DNA of 64,000 bases from IMG/VR virus record IMGVR_UViG_3300032117_000009, positions 60,689 to 124,688 of that record; one strand, written 5' to 3'. This document shows, one piece after another, positions 28,691 to 36,366 of this stretch. Both the position numbers and the translations under genes were made by a program. A model generated the notes under the pieces. The model saw nothing but the letters and a program-made list of their open reading frames with translations. It had not been told where the DNA came from and did not search any database. How positions within the stretch are numbered: the first letter of the stretch is position 1; each line of letters opens with the position of its first letter. This DNA is from a virus.

Positions 28691-29463
28691 TATATTCTTC
28701 CCTTAGTCTCATGCCATGGACCCCAATGACCATGATGCTGGATAAGATTTCTTAGCTCTTCCTGCCCATAACGCTTTTCCACAACTGGATTGAAGAAAGC
28801 TTCAAATATTTCTCTTGGAAACGTTTCATCAGTAGTTGGCTCATGAATAGTTCCATCTGAATGTTCTACCCAACCGTGAGCTAATGGTGGGCTTCCCATA
28901 CCTTGGATAGTGCCATGAACTAATACTGCTCCTGGGTCACCACCAAATATTGCTCTTCTACCAGAAAGCTGGAAACATCGCCCCATTCTTCCTTCCATCG
29001 TTGAATCATCTTCGTAATTTTCATCATCTTTATCTTCATCCCAATCTTTTGAAGCGCCGTGAAGATTGAACTCAAGCTGATCTGGGTTAGGGCATTCTCC
29101 ACAGTAACATTTGTCTGGGTAATTGCATACTTTATCTATGCCTGGGTCTTTAAGAGGCATTATTTTTTGTATTGTCATTTTACTTAAAGGAGCTAGGCCT
29201 TTAGGTGGCGACCAATATTTATTGTTTGTTTCGTCATACTCACCTTCATACCAATTATCAAAACAATTATGACATGTAAATTGAGGTTCTTGCCTATTTA
29301 AATCACCATAAGCATCTTTATATGCTTTCATACACGCTTCGTCATCTACAAAAATATTTTTCCATTGATACCCATGTGGTTCTATTTGTTCAACATTATC
29401 AAAACCACAGTCTGGGCATGTAAGAATAGCACTTTTTTCTTTAGGATAGCGCATCATAATCAA
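28690..29463 (-). CDS. Zn ribbon fused to a transglutaminase/papain-like Cys-His domain
   Basis: CPDC..CHNC; C-terminal GRCFQLS...LVHG...AHGWVE...IHEPT. Confidence 0.55.
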   Translation of the reverse strand: MIMMRYPKEKSAILTCPDCGFDNVEQIEPHGYQWKNIFVDDEACMKAYKDAYGDLNRQEPQFTCHNCFDNWYEGEYDETNNKYWSPPKGLAPLSKMTIQKIMPLKDPGIDKVCNYPDKCYCGECPNPDQLEFNLHGASKDWDEDKDDENYEDDSTMEGRMGRCFQLSGRRAIFGGDPGAVLVHGTIQGMGSPPLAHGWVEHSDGTIHEPTTDETFPREIFEAFFNPVVEKRYGQEELRNLIQHHGHWGPWHETKGRI

Positions 29464-30638
29464 TAAAACTCTCTCGAAGAAGATTTCCAGTCAATTTCAC
29501 TGTATGGGTTGTACCCAGGAGCGCACTTGTACATATTGGCTTTTGTATTGAGCAAAGTCTTATTTACGTCTTCTACACTAAAATCATCTTTGGTAAGTGC
29601 AAGGTTTGTAATGTCATTAGCAAAATGGTATGCTTCATGATCGTTTAAATCGTATTTGCCTGAGTAATCTTCGTAATGATTAGCAATTCCACTAGCTACG
29701 TATCGTGCATCTTTATCATGAGCTTTTAAAACGTCATCATGAGTAACAACAGGCCCTCTAGCATATGCATAGTCACCTACATTAATTCCTTTATCATGGG
29801 CATCTAAAATTTCATTTTTATTAAGATTAGAATTTTTGGCATATGCATAATCACTTAAATCAATACCTTTATTATGAGCTTCTAAAAGTTCATTATGATT
29901 AATATCAGAGTCTCTAGCATGTACATAATCATATAAATTAACACCATTATAATGAGCTGCTAAAATTTCTGCGTTACTAGGCTTAGTATATATTGGGGTT
30001 TCTTCCAAAGGATTGTTCTCCGAGTTTGGTATTACTTTTTCAGAAGCTTCAAAATACCATGGTGTGTTTATTTTTACATTATCTATCAAAGAACTATAAT
30101 TACCTTCTACAAATTGATCATCAGATATTTGACGTAGGTGTGGGCAATGTATTCTTACTAAACGCATGCATTCTTTATGATATGGCAATGTATCGCTTCC
30201 AAACTCACCAGATCCAGCTGATCCATAATAGTCTTCTTTATCTGGTTGCCAAGCTACTGCTTTATCATTGTCTTCAAATCTATCACCGCACATAGGGCAA
30301 CATCTTTTATCTATGGATTGCATAACTGAATTATCTAGTTCGTCTTTGGCAAAATTTGGTATATCTTGTGCATCAACTCTTGTGCTATTCCATGGCATTG
30401 GAATTCTTTTAAATAATTTGCGGTCACCTATCTCATAACCCATTCCTTCATTTTTGGGTGTTAAGCGATCATATATTTGATTTTTTTCACGAGTCTTCAC
30501 GTAAGGCCTTGGCAAGCCTATTACTTCTGGACCTTTTGGACTAAATTCTTGTGCTTTAGCTGCAATATGCAACATGTGACTAGGACCACTACAAAATAAG
30601 CAATCTGAGTATGTAGCTGATTCATGGTACCATGCCAT
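29460..30638 (-). CDS. Modular protein: PMPW...CPHL Zn domain plus three ~26-aa helical repeats
   Basis: Paralog of 15402-16040; repeats DY..A.....H.E.L.AH.KGI; ends NPYSEIDWKSSSREFY. Confidence 0.8.
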   Translation of the reverse strand: MAWYHESATYSDCLFCSGPSHMLHIAAKAQEFSPKGPEVIGLPRPYVKTREKNQIYDRLTPKNEGMGYEIGDRKLFKRIPMPWNSTRVDAQDIPNFAKDELDNSVMQSIDKRCCPMCGDRFEDNDKAVAWQPDKEDYYGSAGSGEFGSDTLPYHKECMRLVRIHCPHLRQISDDQFVEGNYSSLIDNVKINTPWYFEASEKVIPNSENNPLEETPIYTKPSNAEILAAHYNGVNLYDYVHARDSDINHNELLEAHNKGIDLSDYAYAKNSNLNKNEILDAHDKGINVGDYAYARGPVVTHDDVLKAHDKDARYVASGIANHYEDYSGKYDLNDHEAYHFANDITNLALTKDDFSVEDVNKTLLNTKANMYKCAPGYNPYSEIDWKSSSREFY

Positions 30639-30641
30639 TAG

Positions 30642-31682
30642 TTATCTATCATACCAATTCTTAGATGAGAACATAGGCTTTTGTCCACCAAGAGTATTAT
30701 TATTTCTGTCATAAAGGAATTTATGCATATGTTCTATATGTTTTTTGACAGTATCAACATCATTTTCACCTTCTACATAATCAATGGGTAAAAAATGAGC
30801 TTGTGACCAAGAAACACCTATTTGATTCCCATGTTTATCGTTAATTGGTTCATGATGAAAAACTACATGCCCGTTATCATATGAAGCATGATACGTTGCA
30901 TTATGCAAATCTTCATATTTTTTTGCTTCTGTTTTAGCTTCATCTAAATTTTTTGATCTTCCATATATGTCATACATACCCGTAAAATTATCTGTTCTCC
31001 CCTCTGGGTGTTCATGCTCTATGTGTCCAGAAAAAAGATGACCTTTCCCAATATTTGTAGCACTATTAGGTTCAGTTACATTAATAGAATTATCAATGCC
31101 ATTTTCATTATATGGTGGATAATTCATAAAAGATATTTCATGATATGGTTCATGTGACCATTCTTCTGGCTTCCATTCGCCAGTTGTTTTATTGTATGCA
31201 GCTTCATGATACCAATTCATTGATGACTCTTTTTCTTTACCATACTTTCCGCCACGCTTCTTGTATTCTTTAACAACCCAAGCATTAGCTACGGCAGAAG
31301 GATATACATCAAACTTTTGCTTGGCCTCAGACTTAACTTTAGAATATAATTCTTTGTCTGTTGGGTCGCCCTTACGATGTTTGATGATATGATCGTAATC
31401 TTTTTTGTTTTTACCAGAATATTTACCTATACTGCCTTGATAAAGATCACAATCACAATGTTTACACTCTGACCAACCATCATCTAACGTAGTATGGTCC
31501 TCGTCATCGTGACCACATCCACATAGGCCACAAGCATGGAACTCAGTATCTGGGTGATACTCAGTACCACAATGATTACATGCTATGTCGCCATTACCTT
31601 TGAGTCTAAATTGATTTGATAGATCATTAAAAAGATGTTCTGAAAAATCATGATTGTCCTTATCAGCGTAGTAATAACCCAT
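30642..31682 (-). CDS. Modular protein: Zn ribbon, PSA(V/Y)...RGG.Y domain, GEWxPEEW domain
   Basis: CNHC..CGLC..CKHCDC; PTDKELYSKVKSEAKQKFDVYPSAVANAWVVKEYKKRGGKY; linker KESSMNWYHEAA then YNKTTGEWKPEEW. Confidence 0.8.
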   Translation of the reverse strand: MGYYYADKDNHDFSEHLFNDLSNQFRLKGNGDIACNHCGTEYHPDTEFHACGLCGCGHDDEDHTTLDDGWSECKHCDCDLYQGSIGKYSGKNKKDYDHIIKHRKGDPTDKELYSKVKSEAKQKFDVYPSAVANAWVVKEYKKRGGKYGKEKESSMNWYHEAAYNKTTGEWKPEEWSHEPYHEISFMNYPPYNENGIDNSINVTEPNSATNIGKGHLFSGHIEHEHPEGRTDNFTGMYDIYGRSKNLDEAKTEAKKYEDLHNATYHASYDNGHVVFHHEPINDKHGNQIGVSWSQAHFLPIDYVEGENDVDTVKKHIEHMHKFLYDRNNNTLGGQKPMFSSKNWYDR

Positions 31683-31684
31683 TA

Positions 31685-32419
31685 CTAGCCCTTAAGCTTT
31701 TGTATGTCAGCTTGAAGGTCGGATAGACGGAAATTGCGTAGCTTTCCAGCCTCTACAGCCTCAGGAGTGATTATTGCCCATGTCTCTTCGAGGTAGCACT
31801 GAAACCACTGCTTTGTTACAGCTTGGATCTCTCCCCAGGTTACAACATAAAAGTACTTTTCATCATAACCAACGATGATGACACAGTGGCCACCTTCAAT
31901 CTGCTGGTCAGCTGGAGTACCAGTAAGTGCCCATGGCTTGCCCTCTTGGAACTGCTGCATGCAAGGGGCAGGGACAAGAATACCGATGTAACAGAAGCCA
32001 AAGGCATTGACTACTGACTTGATCTCATCGAAGTCCTTGTGGTCAGTAGGAGCGTAAGCAGCGATCTTTGATCCAAATAGACCCTCTGATTCCCAATGGG
32101 CGAGAAGATCAGCTTCAATAGCACCTTGGTCGGCACCATTGGTATACTGGAGGTAAGCGTTAACTACGTCTTGGTCGTTAAGAAGCTTTTCTTTAACGCC
32201 ATCGAGCTGAGCTACCGCCATCTTAGCGTGGTAAGCTCCAGCGAATGTGCAGTCGCCATACTTATCATTACCAAGCATGTACCAATCTGGTACAGCAGGA
32301 GCACCAAGAGTGGCAGGGGCTTTTGGAAGAGGATTTTCCTGGTAATAAGCTAACATGTGTAGACCATCTGGCCTAACAGCTGGCTTACGACCTAAACGAC
32401 CTGCAATACGCTCTGACAT
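31685..32419 (-). CDS. Papain-like (C1-type) cysteine peptidase
   Basis: GNDKYGDCTFAG (Cys), GGHCVIIVGYD (His), YVVTWG (variant of NSWG). Confidence 0.8.
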   Translation of the reverse strand: MSERIAGRLGRKPAVRPDGLHMLAYYQENPLPKAPATLGAPAVPDWYMLGNDKYGDCTFAGAYHAKMAVAQLDGVKEKLLNDQDVVNAYLQYTNGADQGAIEADLLAHWESEGLFGSKIAAYAPTDHKDFDEIKSVVNAFGFCYIGILVPAPCMQQFQEGKPWALTGTPADQQIEGGHCVIIVGYDEKYFYVVTWGEIQAVTKQWFQCYLEETWAIITPEAVEAGKLRNFRLSDLQADIQKLKG

Positions 32420-32493
32420 TTTTTATCCTCTCGACAGTGATACAAAGGGTTCTCCCTATGTATTGTGAGAGCGTTCAATAAATAAATGCCTAG

Positions 32494-32664
32494 TTATGCC
32501 TTTATCGCATAATATGGCTCATGGTTTTCACACATGCAAGTTCCTTCATCAAGAACTCGCTGTACTCTACTTGCTTCTGACCTAATATTGTAAGTTTTTG
32601 AAATCCAGCGACCACATTTTACTTGCCAAACTTTATTTTTTTCACTTGTCTTGTGGAATATCAT
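32494..32664 (-). CDS. Small hypothetical protein (56 aa), below the ORF-track cutoff
   Basis: Translated by hand: MIFHKTSEKNKVWQVKCGRW...CMCENHEPYYAIKA. Confidence 0.45.
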   Translation of the reverse strand: MIFHKTSEKNKVWQVKCGRWISKTYNIRSEASRVQRVLDEGTCMCENHEPYYAIKA

Positions 32665-32899
32665 TATAATCTACTATCTTTAGCTTTTCGTTTTCATCAA
32701 TCAAAGAGTTTAATACCTGCAATGATTGGTATTCTTTGCACCTGGATATAAGTTTTAAACACTTACATTGCTTTGGCGTCTTGTATTCAGACTCAACTGG
32801 GTAATGCTGCTCTTTTATTACGTTAATGAGACTACGTGCAGCTACGTATTGGCTAGCTGTTATCAGAACGCCACGATATTTTTTTTCTTGATCTTCCAT
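32642..32899 (-). CDS. Hypothetical protein
   Basis: ORF in a packed minus-strand operon. Confidence 0.55.
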   Translation of the reverse strand: MEDQEKKYRGVLITASQYVAARSLINVIKEQHYPVESEYKTPKQCKCLKLISRCKEYQSLQVLNSLIDENEKLKIVDYNDIPQDK

Positions 32900-32903
32900 T
32901 ATA

Positions 32904-33131
32904 TCAAGATGACAGAAGTGTATTGTTCTCTAATGCTCGGTAAAGCTTGATGAACTTCGCAACATCTTCCTCATAAATTGGAGTCATATGGCCAGACTCA
33001 AGCCAATCAACAACAGGTGAAGCAACTTTCACAAGCTCAGCAGATTTCTCTACAAACTTATCTTGATTTGCACGCTTGTTGATATAACTCTTCATATCAG
33101 TCGTCATTGTCTGACTCCATTTCATCCTCAT
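32904..33131 (-). CDS. Hypothetical protein (true start probably 33095 or 33107)
   Basis: ORF in a packed operon. Confidence 0.55.
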   Translation of the reverse strand: MRMKWSQTMTTDMKSYINKRANQDKFVEKSAELVKVASPVVDWLESGHMTPIYEEDVAKFIKLYRALENNTLLSS

Positions 33132-33378
33132 TGTTAACTTCCAAATCGTTCTTGAAATCTTCGATGATATCAGTCATGATCTCAGACTCAATAAGAACTT
33201 CACGCTGAATTGCCTGCATCATCAAGTTCATGTCAGATTTCAGCTCTTCCAAAGTTTCACCAAATGGTGAGCATTCATCAGTCCAGCCTTCAATCTTCTT
33301 GTTTTCATCATAAAATACCTCACGGATATTGAAGTGTCCATCTTCATTTACCATGATTCGGTAGTTCCAGGTCTTCAT
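33097..33378 (-). CDS. Conserved phage hypothetical protein, W.YR.M...IREV.YD family; paralog of 38701-39012
   Basis: MKTWNYRIM...FNIREVFYD vs MSWDYRVM...SIREVHYD. Confidence 0.7.
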   Translation of the reverse strand: MKTWNYRIMVNEDGHFNIREVFYDENKKIEGWTDECSPFGETLEELKSDMNLMMQAIQREVLIESEIMTDIIEDFKNDLEVNNEDEMESDNDD

Positions 33379-33442
33379 TACAATCTCCCCATCCGTGGCT
33401 ATTTTAGCTCAGGATCAATTATACACCAATATGTAGGTATAT

Positions 33443-33763
33443 TTACTGATCTTCCTTTACAACTTCCCAGACACGATTAGGCTTCTTGTGAGCTACAGGA
33501 CGAATCGACTCTCTAGTGCGATTGGTGCTATTGATGTAATTATCTCGCTTGAACTCTCGAATGATTGGGCCTAGAGCACTAAGATTATGAGTCGTGACAG
33601 TTTGATTGTCAAGGTAATCCCTAATATCATCAGCTGTGAACTCATCATTGTTTGCAATCACATAGTGGATTGCTTCCCTAGCAACGTTCTTCCACTCATC
33701 ATTTGCGTTGTCATATGAGCGTTGGATAGCTGCCTCAGTCATATCAAATGTAAGCTGTTCCAT
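33443..33763 (-). CDS. Phage hypothetical protein
   Basis: ORF with RBS; FTADDI...ALGP...AH....VW pattern. Confidence 0.65.
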   Translation of the reverse strand: MEQLTFDMTEAAIQRSYDNANDEWKNVAREAIHYVIANNDEFTADDIRDYLDNQTVTTHNLSALGPIIREFKRDNYINSTNRTRESIRPVAHKKPNRVWEVVKEDQ

Positions 33764-33847
33764 GTTTTTCCTTTACTTTTTTATCAACCTGGGACTTCCA
33801 GGTGCTCAATGCTTTTTGTCACCTTCACAGGTTATGTCACATTATAA

Positions 33848-34231
33848 TCACCACCAACTGTCGTAATAAACTTCCATGTCCTGAGACATTGCCTCACGAG
33901 CCTTCTTGACAAACTCAAGATCACGCTCATCTTCCTCAGGACGAGAATGCCCAAAGAAGAATCCATCAGTGTAAGGGAGCTTCTCACCCTTCACAGCATC
34001 CTCAAGCTCCTGGAGATCCTTGAACGTCAAGCGAACAGGAACACAATTGAACTCTCCCTTACCGCCCTTAGAACGGAAAAGGCTCTCCATCCAACCATGC
34101 ATGTTAGGGTGCTTGCGCCAATAAAAGATCTCTGAGTAATTCTCAGGGTTATTGTCCTGGCACCAAACAAAGTTGGTATCAGTATTGTCCTTACTAGGCA
34201 TCACTGCGTATGCGTACTGGTCAAGTCCCAT
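33848..34231 (-). CDS. Conserved phage protein (MGLD...YWRK...GFFFG...YYDSWW family)
   Basis: Recognisable motif set; own promoter cassette and AGGAG RBS. Confidence 0.75.
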   Translation of the reverse strand: MGLDQYAYAVMPSKDNTDTNFVWCQDNNPENYSEIFYWRKHPNMHGWMESLFRSKGGKGEFNCVPVRLTFKDLQELEDAVKGEKLPYTDGFFFGHSRPEEDERDLEFVKKAREAMSQDMEVYYDSWW

Positions 34232-34250
34232 TTCTACTCCTTTGGTTTGT

Positions 34251-34289
34251 TTACTGATAACACTCTAGCATACAAATTAGTTGGTTTAA
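34251..34289 (-). promoter_or_regulatory. Early promoter-leader cassette, copy 1
   Basis: TTAAAC-16 nt-TAGAGT with TG extension, then TCAGTAA and AAGGAGTA. Confidence 0.6.
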
Positions 34290-34495
34290 TCGATTTTCTT
34301 AAACCATTTTTGCCAAGTATTCCATTTGTTCCCATTTTCAGCAACAATAATAAAATACCTATCATCAACAATAGATTCTACTGTCCATGGAATACCTGGG
34401 GCACTTTTCCAAGTTACCTTATCTCCTGGAGCAAATTCACTATCATAGACAGCTTGAACATCAATCTGGTTCTGCCCAATGTAACCTTGTGCCAT
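34286..34495 (-). CDS. Small SH3/KOW-like hypothetical protein
   Basis: FAPGDKVTW; start at the TGATG overlap. Confidence 0.55.
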   Translation of the reverse strand: MAQGYIGQNQIDVQAVYDSEFAPGDKVTWKSAPGIPWTVESIVDDRYFIIVAENGNKWNTWQKWFKKID

Positions 34496-34833
34496 CAGCA
34501 CATACCATCGGGGTCGAAGTCATCGTTTAAAACATTTTCAATCTTTTCTTGCTCTTCCATAAGAATAAGCGCAATTATCGCATAAGATGCTAAATCAATT
34601 AATGAATCTCTTGCTGACTCATTCTCAAGCTTTCCCTTTACAAGAAGAGACTGAAGGCGAATGATCTTATCATTAGCTCTGATCATTGTCCCAACCCAAG
34701 CAGGGATTCCCCAATTCTCTGAAGCTCTTACGTTAGCAAGAAAATCACTATTTGTTCCATAATCAGCAGATTTCTTTTGATGTGTAGCTTTTAGCTCATC
34801 AAGGATAGCTAAAAACCTTGGATCACCTGTCAT
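34495..34833 (-). CDS. Nucleotide-modification-associated domain (DUF1599/Nmad1-like, all-alpha)
   Basis: KKSADYG...N...G...R.NDK..RL...ES..DSL.DLA.YAII pattern. Confidence 0.7.
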   Translation of the reverse strand: MTGDPRFLAILDELKATHQKKSADYGTNSDFLANVRASENWGIPAWVGTMIRANDKIIRLQSLLVKGKLENESARDSLIDLASYAIIALILMEEQEKIENVLNDDFDPDGMC

Positions 34834-34834
34834 A

Positions 34835-35023
34835 TTACTCCTTTATACCATTGTCAATAGTTACAAGGCCTTCTTCAATCAATGAAGCAGCTGTTCTTCC
34901 ATAATGACCCTGAAGACTCCATGCCATTCCATTATCAACAAGGCCCTGGAACAACTTAATTACACCATCGTAATCAAGCTCTCCATTCTCATATTTCATC
35001 ATTTGTTCAAATAAATTAAACAA
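34835..35023 (-). CDS. Conserved small phage protein
   Basis: YENGEL...LFQ.LVD.G.AW.LQG.YGR.A pattern. Confidence 0.7.
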   Translation of the reverse strand: MFNLFEQMMKYENGELDYDGVIKLFQGLVDNGMAWSLQGHYGRTAASLIEEGLVTIDNGIKE

Positions 35024-35193
35024 TGGTTATTCTTTCTAGTCTCTCTTGCGCTCACTACCACCGACGATTGCCATTGCCATAAAAGCTATGAATAATACTA
35101 TCACAAATGTAATCATTTTAATTTCCTTTCGTAAACTATTTTTTTTATTATATCATAGTTTATTTAGGATTTTGCAAAAAGTTTACTTTTATG

Positions 35194-35316
35194 TCACTTG
35201 AACTTATTTTTCTTTTCTTTATCTTCATCAAGAATAAGAGCAGCAATAAGAGAGCTAATGCTTCCAATGAGTGAAAAAATAGCTCCCCATACAAATCCCC
35301 ATGCAAAACTATTCAT
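35194..35316 (-). CDS. Small membrane protein (40 aa)
   Basis: Translated by hand: MNSFAWGFVWGAIFSLIG...; AT-rich; ATG overlaps the last island stop (ATGA). Confidence 0.5.
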   Translation of the reverse strand: MNSFAWGFVWGAIFSLIGSISSLIAALILDEDKEKKNKFK

Positions 35317-35507
35317 CGCTCACCACCTTGGTCTGCGAGGGCGGCTTCCGCCTCGTCACGCCACCGTTGCAACGTCTCAGCGTCGGGTCGCCAGCCTTCT
35401 CGCATACGATTGAATTCTGCGGAGATTTCGTTCATGTGCCGAAACGTCTGGCGCATTTGCACCGCCTTCGGATCGTTCCAGTTGCGTGCCTTGAATCTGC
35501 GCCTCAT
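35313..35507 (-). CDS. Island hypothetical protein 4
   Basis: Ends ADQGGER with a degenerate copy of the junction repeat. Confidence 0.6.
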   Translation of the reverse strand: MRRRFKARNWNDPKAVQMRQTFRHMNEISAEFNRMREGWRPDAETLQRWRDEAEAALADQGGER

Positions 35508-35746
35508 CGCTCCCCCTCTAGTGCTGCTCGGACTGCTCTGGCGATACGGGTCATTTCGGGGTAATCAAGTTCCATGTAGTTCGCCAGCAAATTGGCATCC
35601 TCACGGCTGATAGTGATGGTCACGGTGTCGGGATCGCCGGGTCCGGCCTTCGATTCCAGCGTGCGGATCGCCTCGCTCAGCAGGTCCCGAGCGTCGATCA
35701 TTCGATGCCGTGCGTAGTTGACGGCGGTTCGGTTTCGCTTGCTCAT
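35504..35746 (-). CDS. Island hypothetical protein 3
   Basis: TVTITISR...RAALEGER module. Confidence 0.65.
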   Translation of the reverse strand: MSKRNRTAVNYARHRMIDARDLLSEAIRTLESKAGPGDPDTVTITISREDANLLANYMELDYPEMTRIARAVRAALEGER

Positions 35747-36366
35747 CGCTCCCCCTCTAGTGCTCGCAATTCGTAGGTGACGCCATGAAGGATGACGAGT
35801 GGCAGGTCGGGCTTGGTCGTTTCAATCTCCACTGGCTCAAACTCAACATTGGCGTAAAGGGTGGTGGTGCCGTTGCCATTTGAAACCTCGGTGATCTGCC
35901 AGTCGTTGTTCTTGGTGGCAAATGCGAAGCCCTCTAGGAACCGAGCCTTGCCGAGGACTTGAGCGTTGCCGTAGACCCAAGCGTTGCCGAGGACTTGAGC
36001 GTTGTCGAAGACCCGAACGTTGCCGTAGACCCGAGCGTTGCCGTAGACCCGAGCGTTGCCGTAGACCCAAGCGTTGCCGAGGACTTGAGCGTTGTCGAAG
36101 ACCCAAGCGTTGCCGTAGACCCGAACGTTGCCGTAGACCCGAGCGTTGTCGAAGACCCAAGCGTTGCCGAGGACTTGAGCGTTGTCGGAGACCCGAGCGT
36201 TGCCGAAGACCCGAGCGTCAGGACCGACATAAACGGCGTCCTCGACTGTTGCTGTGTCGGCAACCCATCCACCGCCATTTGAGTGCTGGTGGGCTGGGAC
36301 CGGTCCGTTACCGTCCTTGAAATCGTGAGTTGTCATGTTCTTTCCTTTGTTTGTGTTCTGGCTCAT
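35743..36366 (-). CDS. Hexapeptide-repeat (left-handed beta-helix) protein
   Basis: 16 [GD]N[AV][RWQ]V[YFL]-type repeats after HSNGGGWVADTATV; second RBS and ATG at 36336. Confidence 0.85.
   Translation of the reverse strand: MSQNTNKGKNMTTHDFKDGNGPVPAHQHSNGGGWVADTATVEDAVYVGPDARVFGNARVSDNAQVLGNAWVFDNARVYGNVRVYGNAWVFDNAQVLGNAWVYGNARVYGNARVYGNVRVFDNAQVLGNAWVYGNAQVLGKARFLEGFAFATKNNDWQITEVSNGNGTTTLYANVEFEPVEIETTKPDLPLVILHGVTYELRALEGER
35935..36222 (-). repeat. 18-bp tandem repeat x16 encoding the hexapeptide units
   Basis: GGCAACGCTCGGGTCTAC-like units; 16 x 18 = 288 bp. Confidence 0.9.

Noticed and set aside
30638-30644. Stop-codon readthrough or recoding fusing block genes (in-frame TAA-CTA-ATG here and TAA-AAT-ATG at 7742-7748)
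   Set aside because: Most other junctions change frame (gaps of 1, 2 or 5 nt, or overlaps), all three stop codons are used as true ends, and core genes are uninterrupted, so two in-frame cases are compatible with chance
24941-32448. CCTTTGTA upstream of both 24893 and 32419 as a late promoter
   Set aside because: Only two copies, at different distances from the ATG (48 and 22 nt); an 8-mer of this composition is expected about once per strand by chance; not found at other block gaps
35843-36320. Long overlapping alternative-frame ORFs in the hexapeptide region as real dual-coding genes
   Set aside because: An 18-bp GC-rich tandem repeat without stops opens all frames automatically
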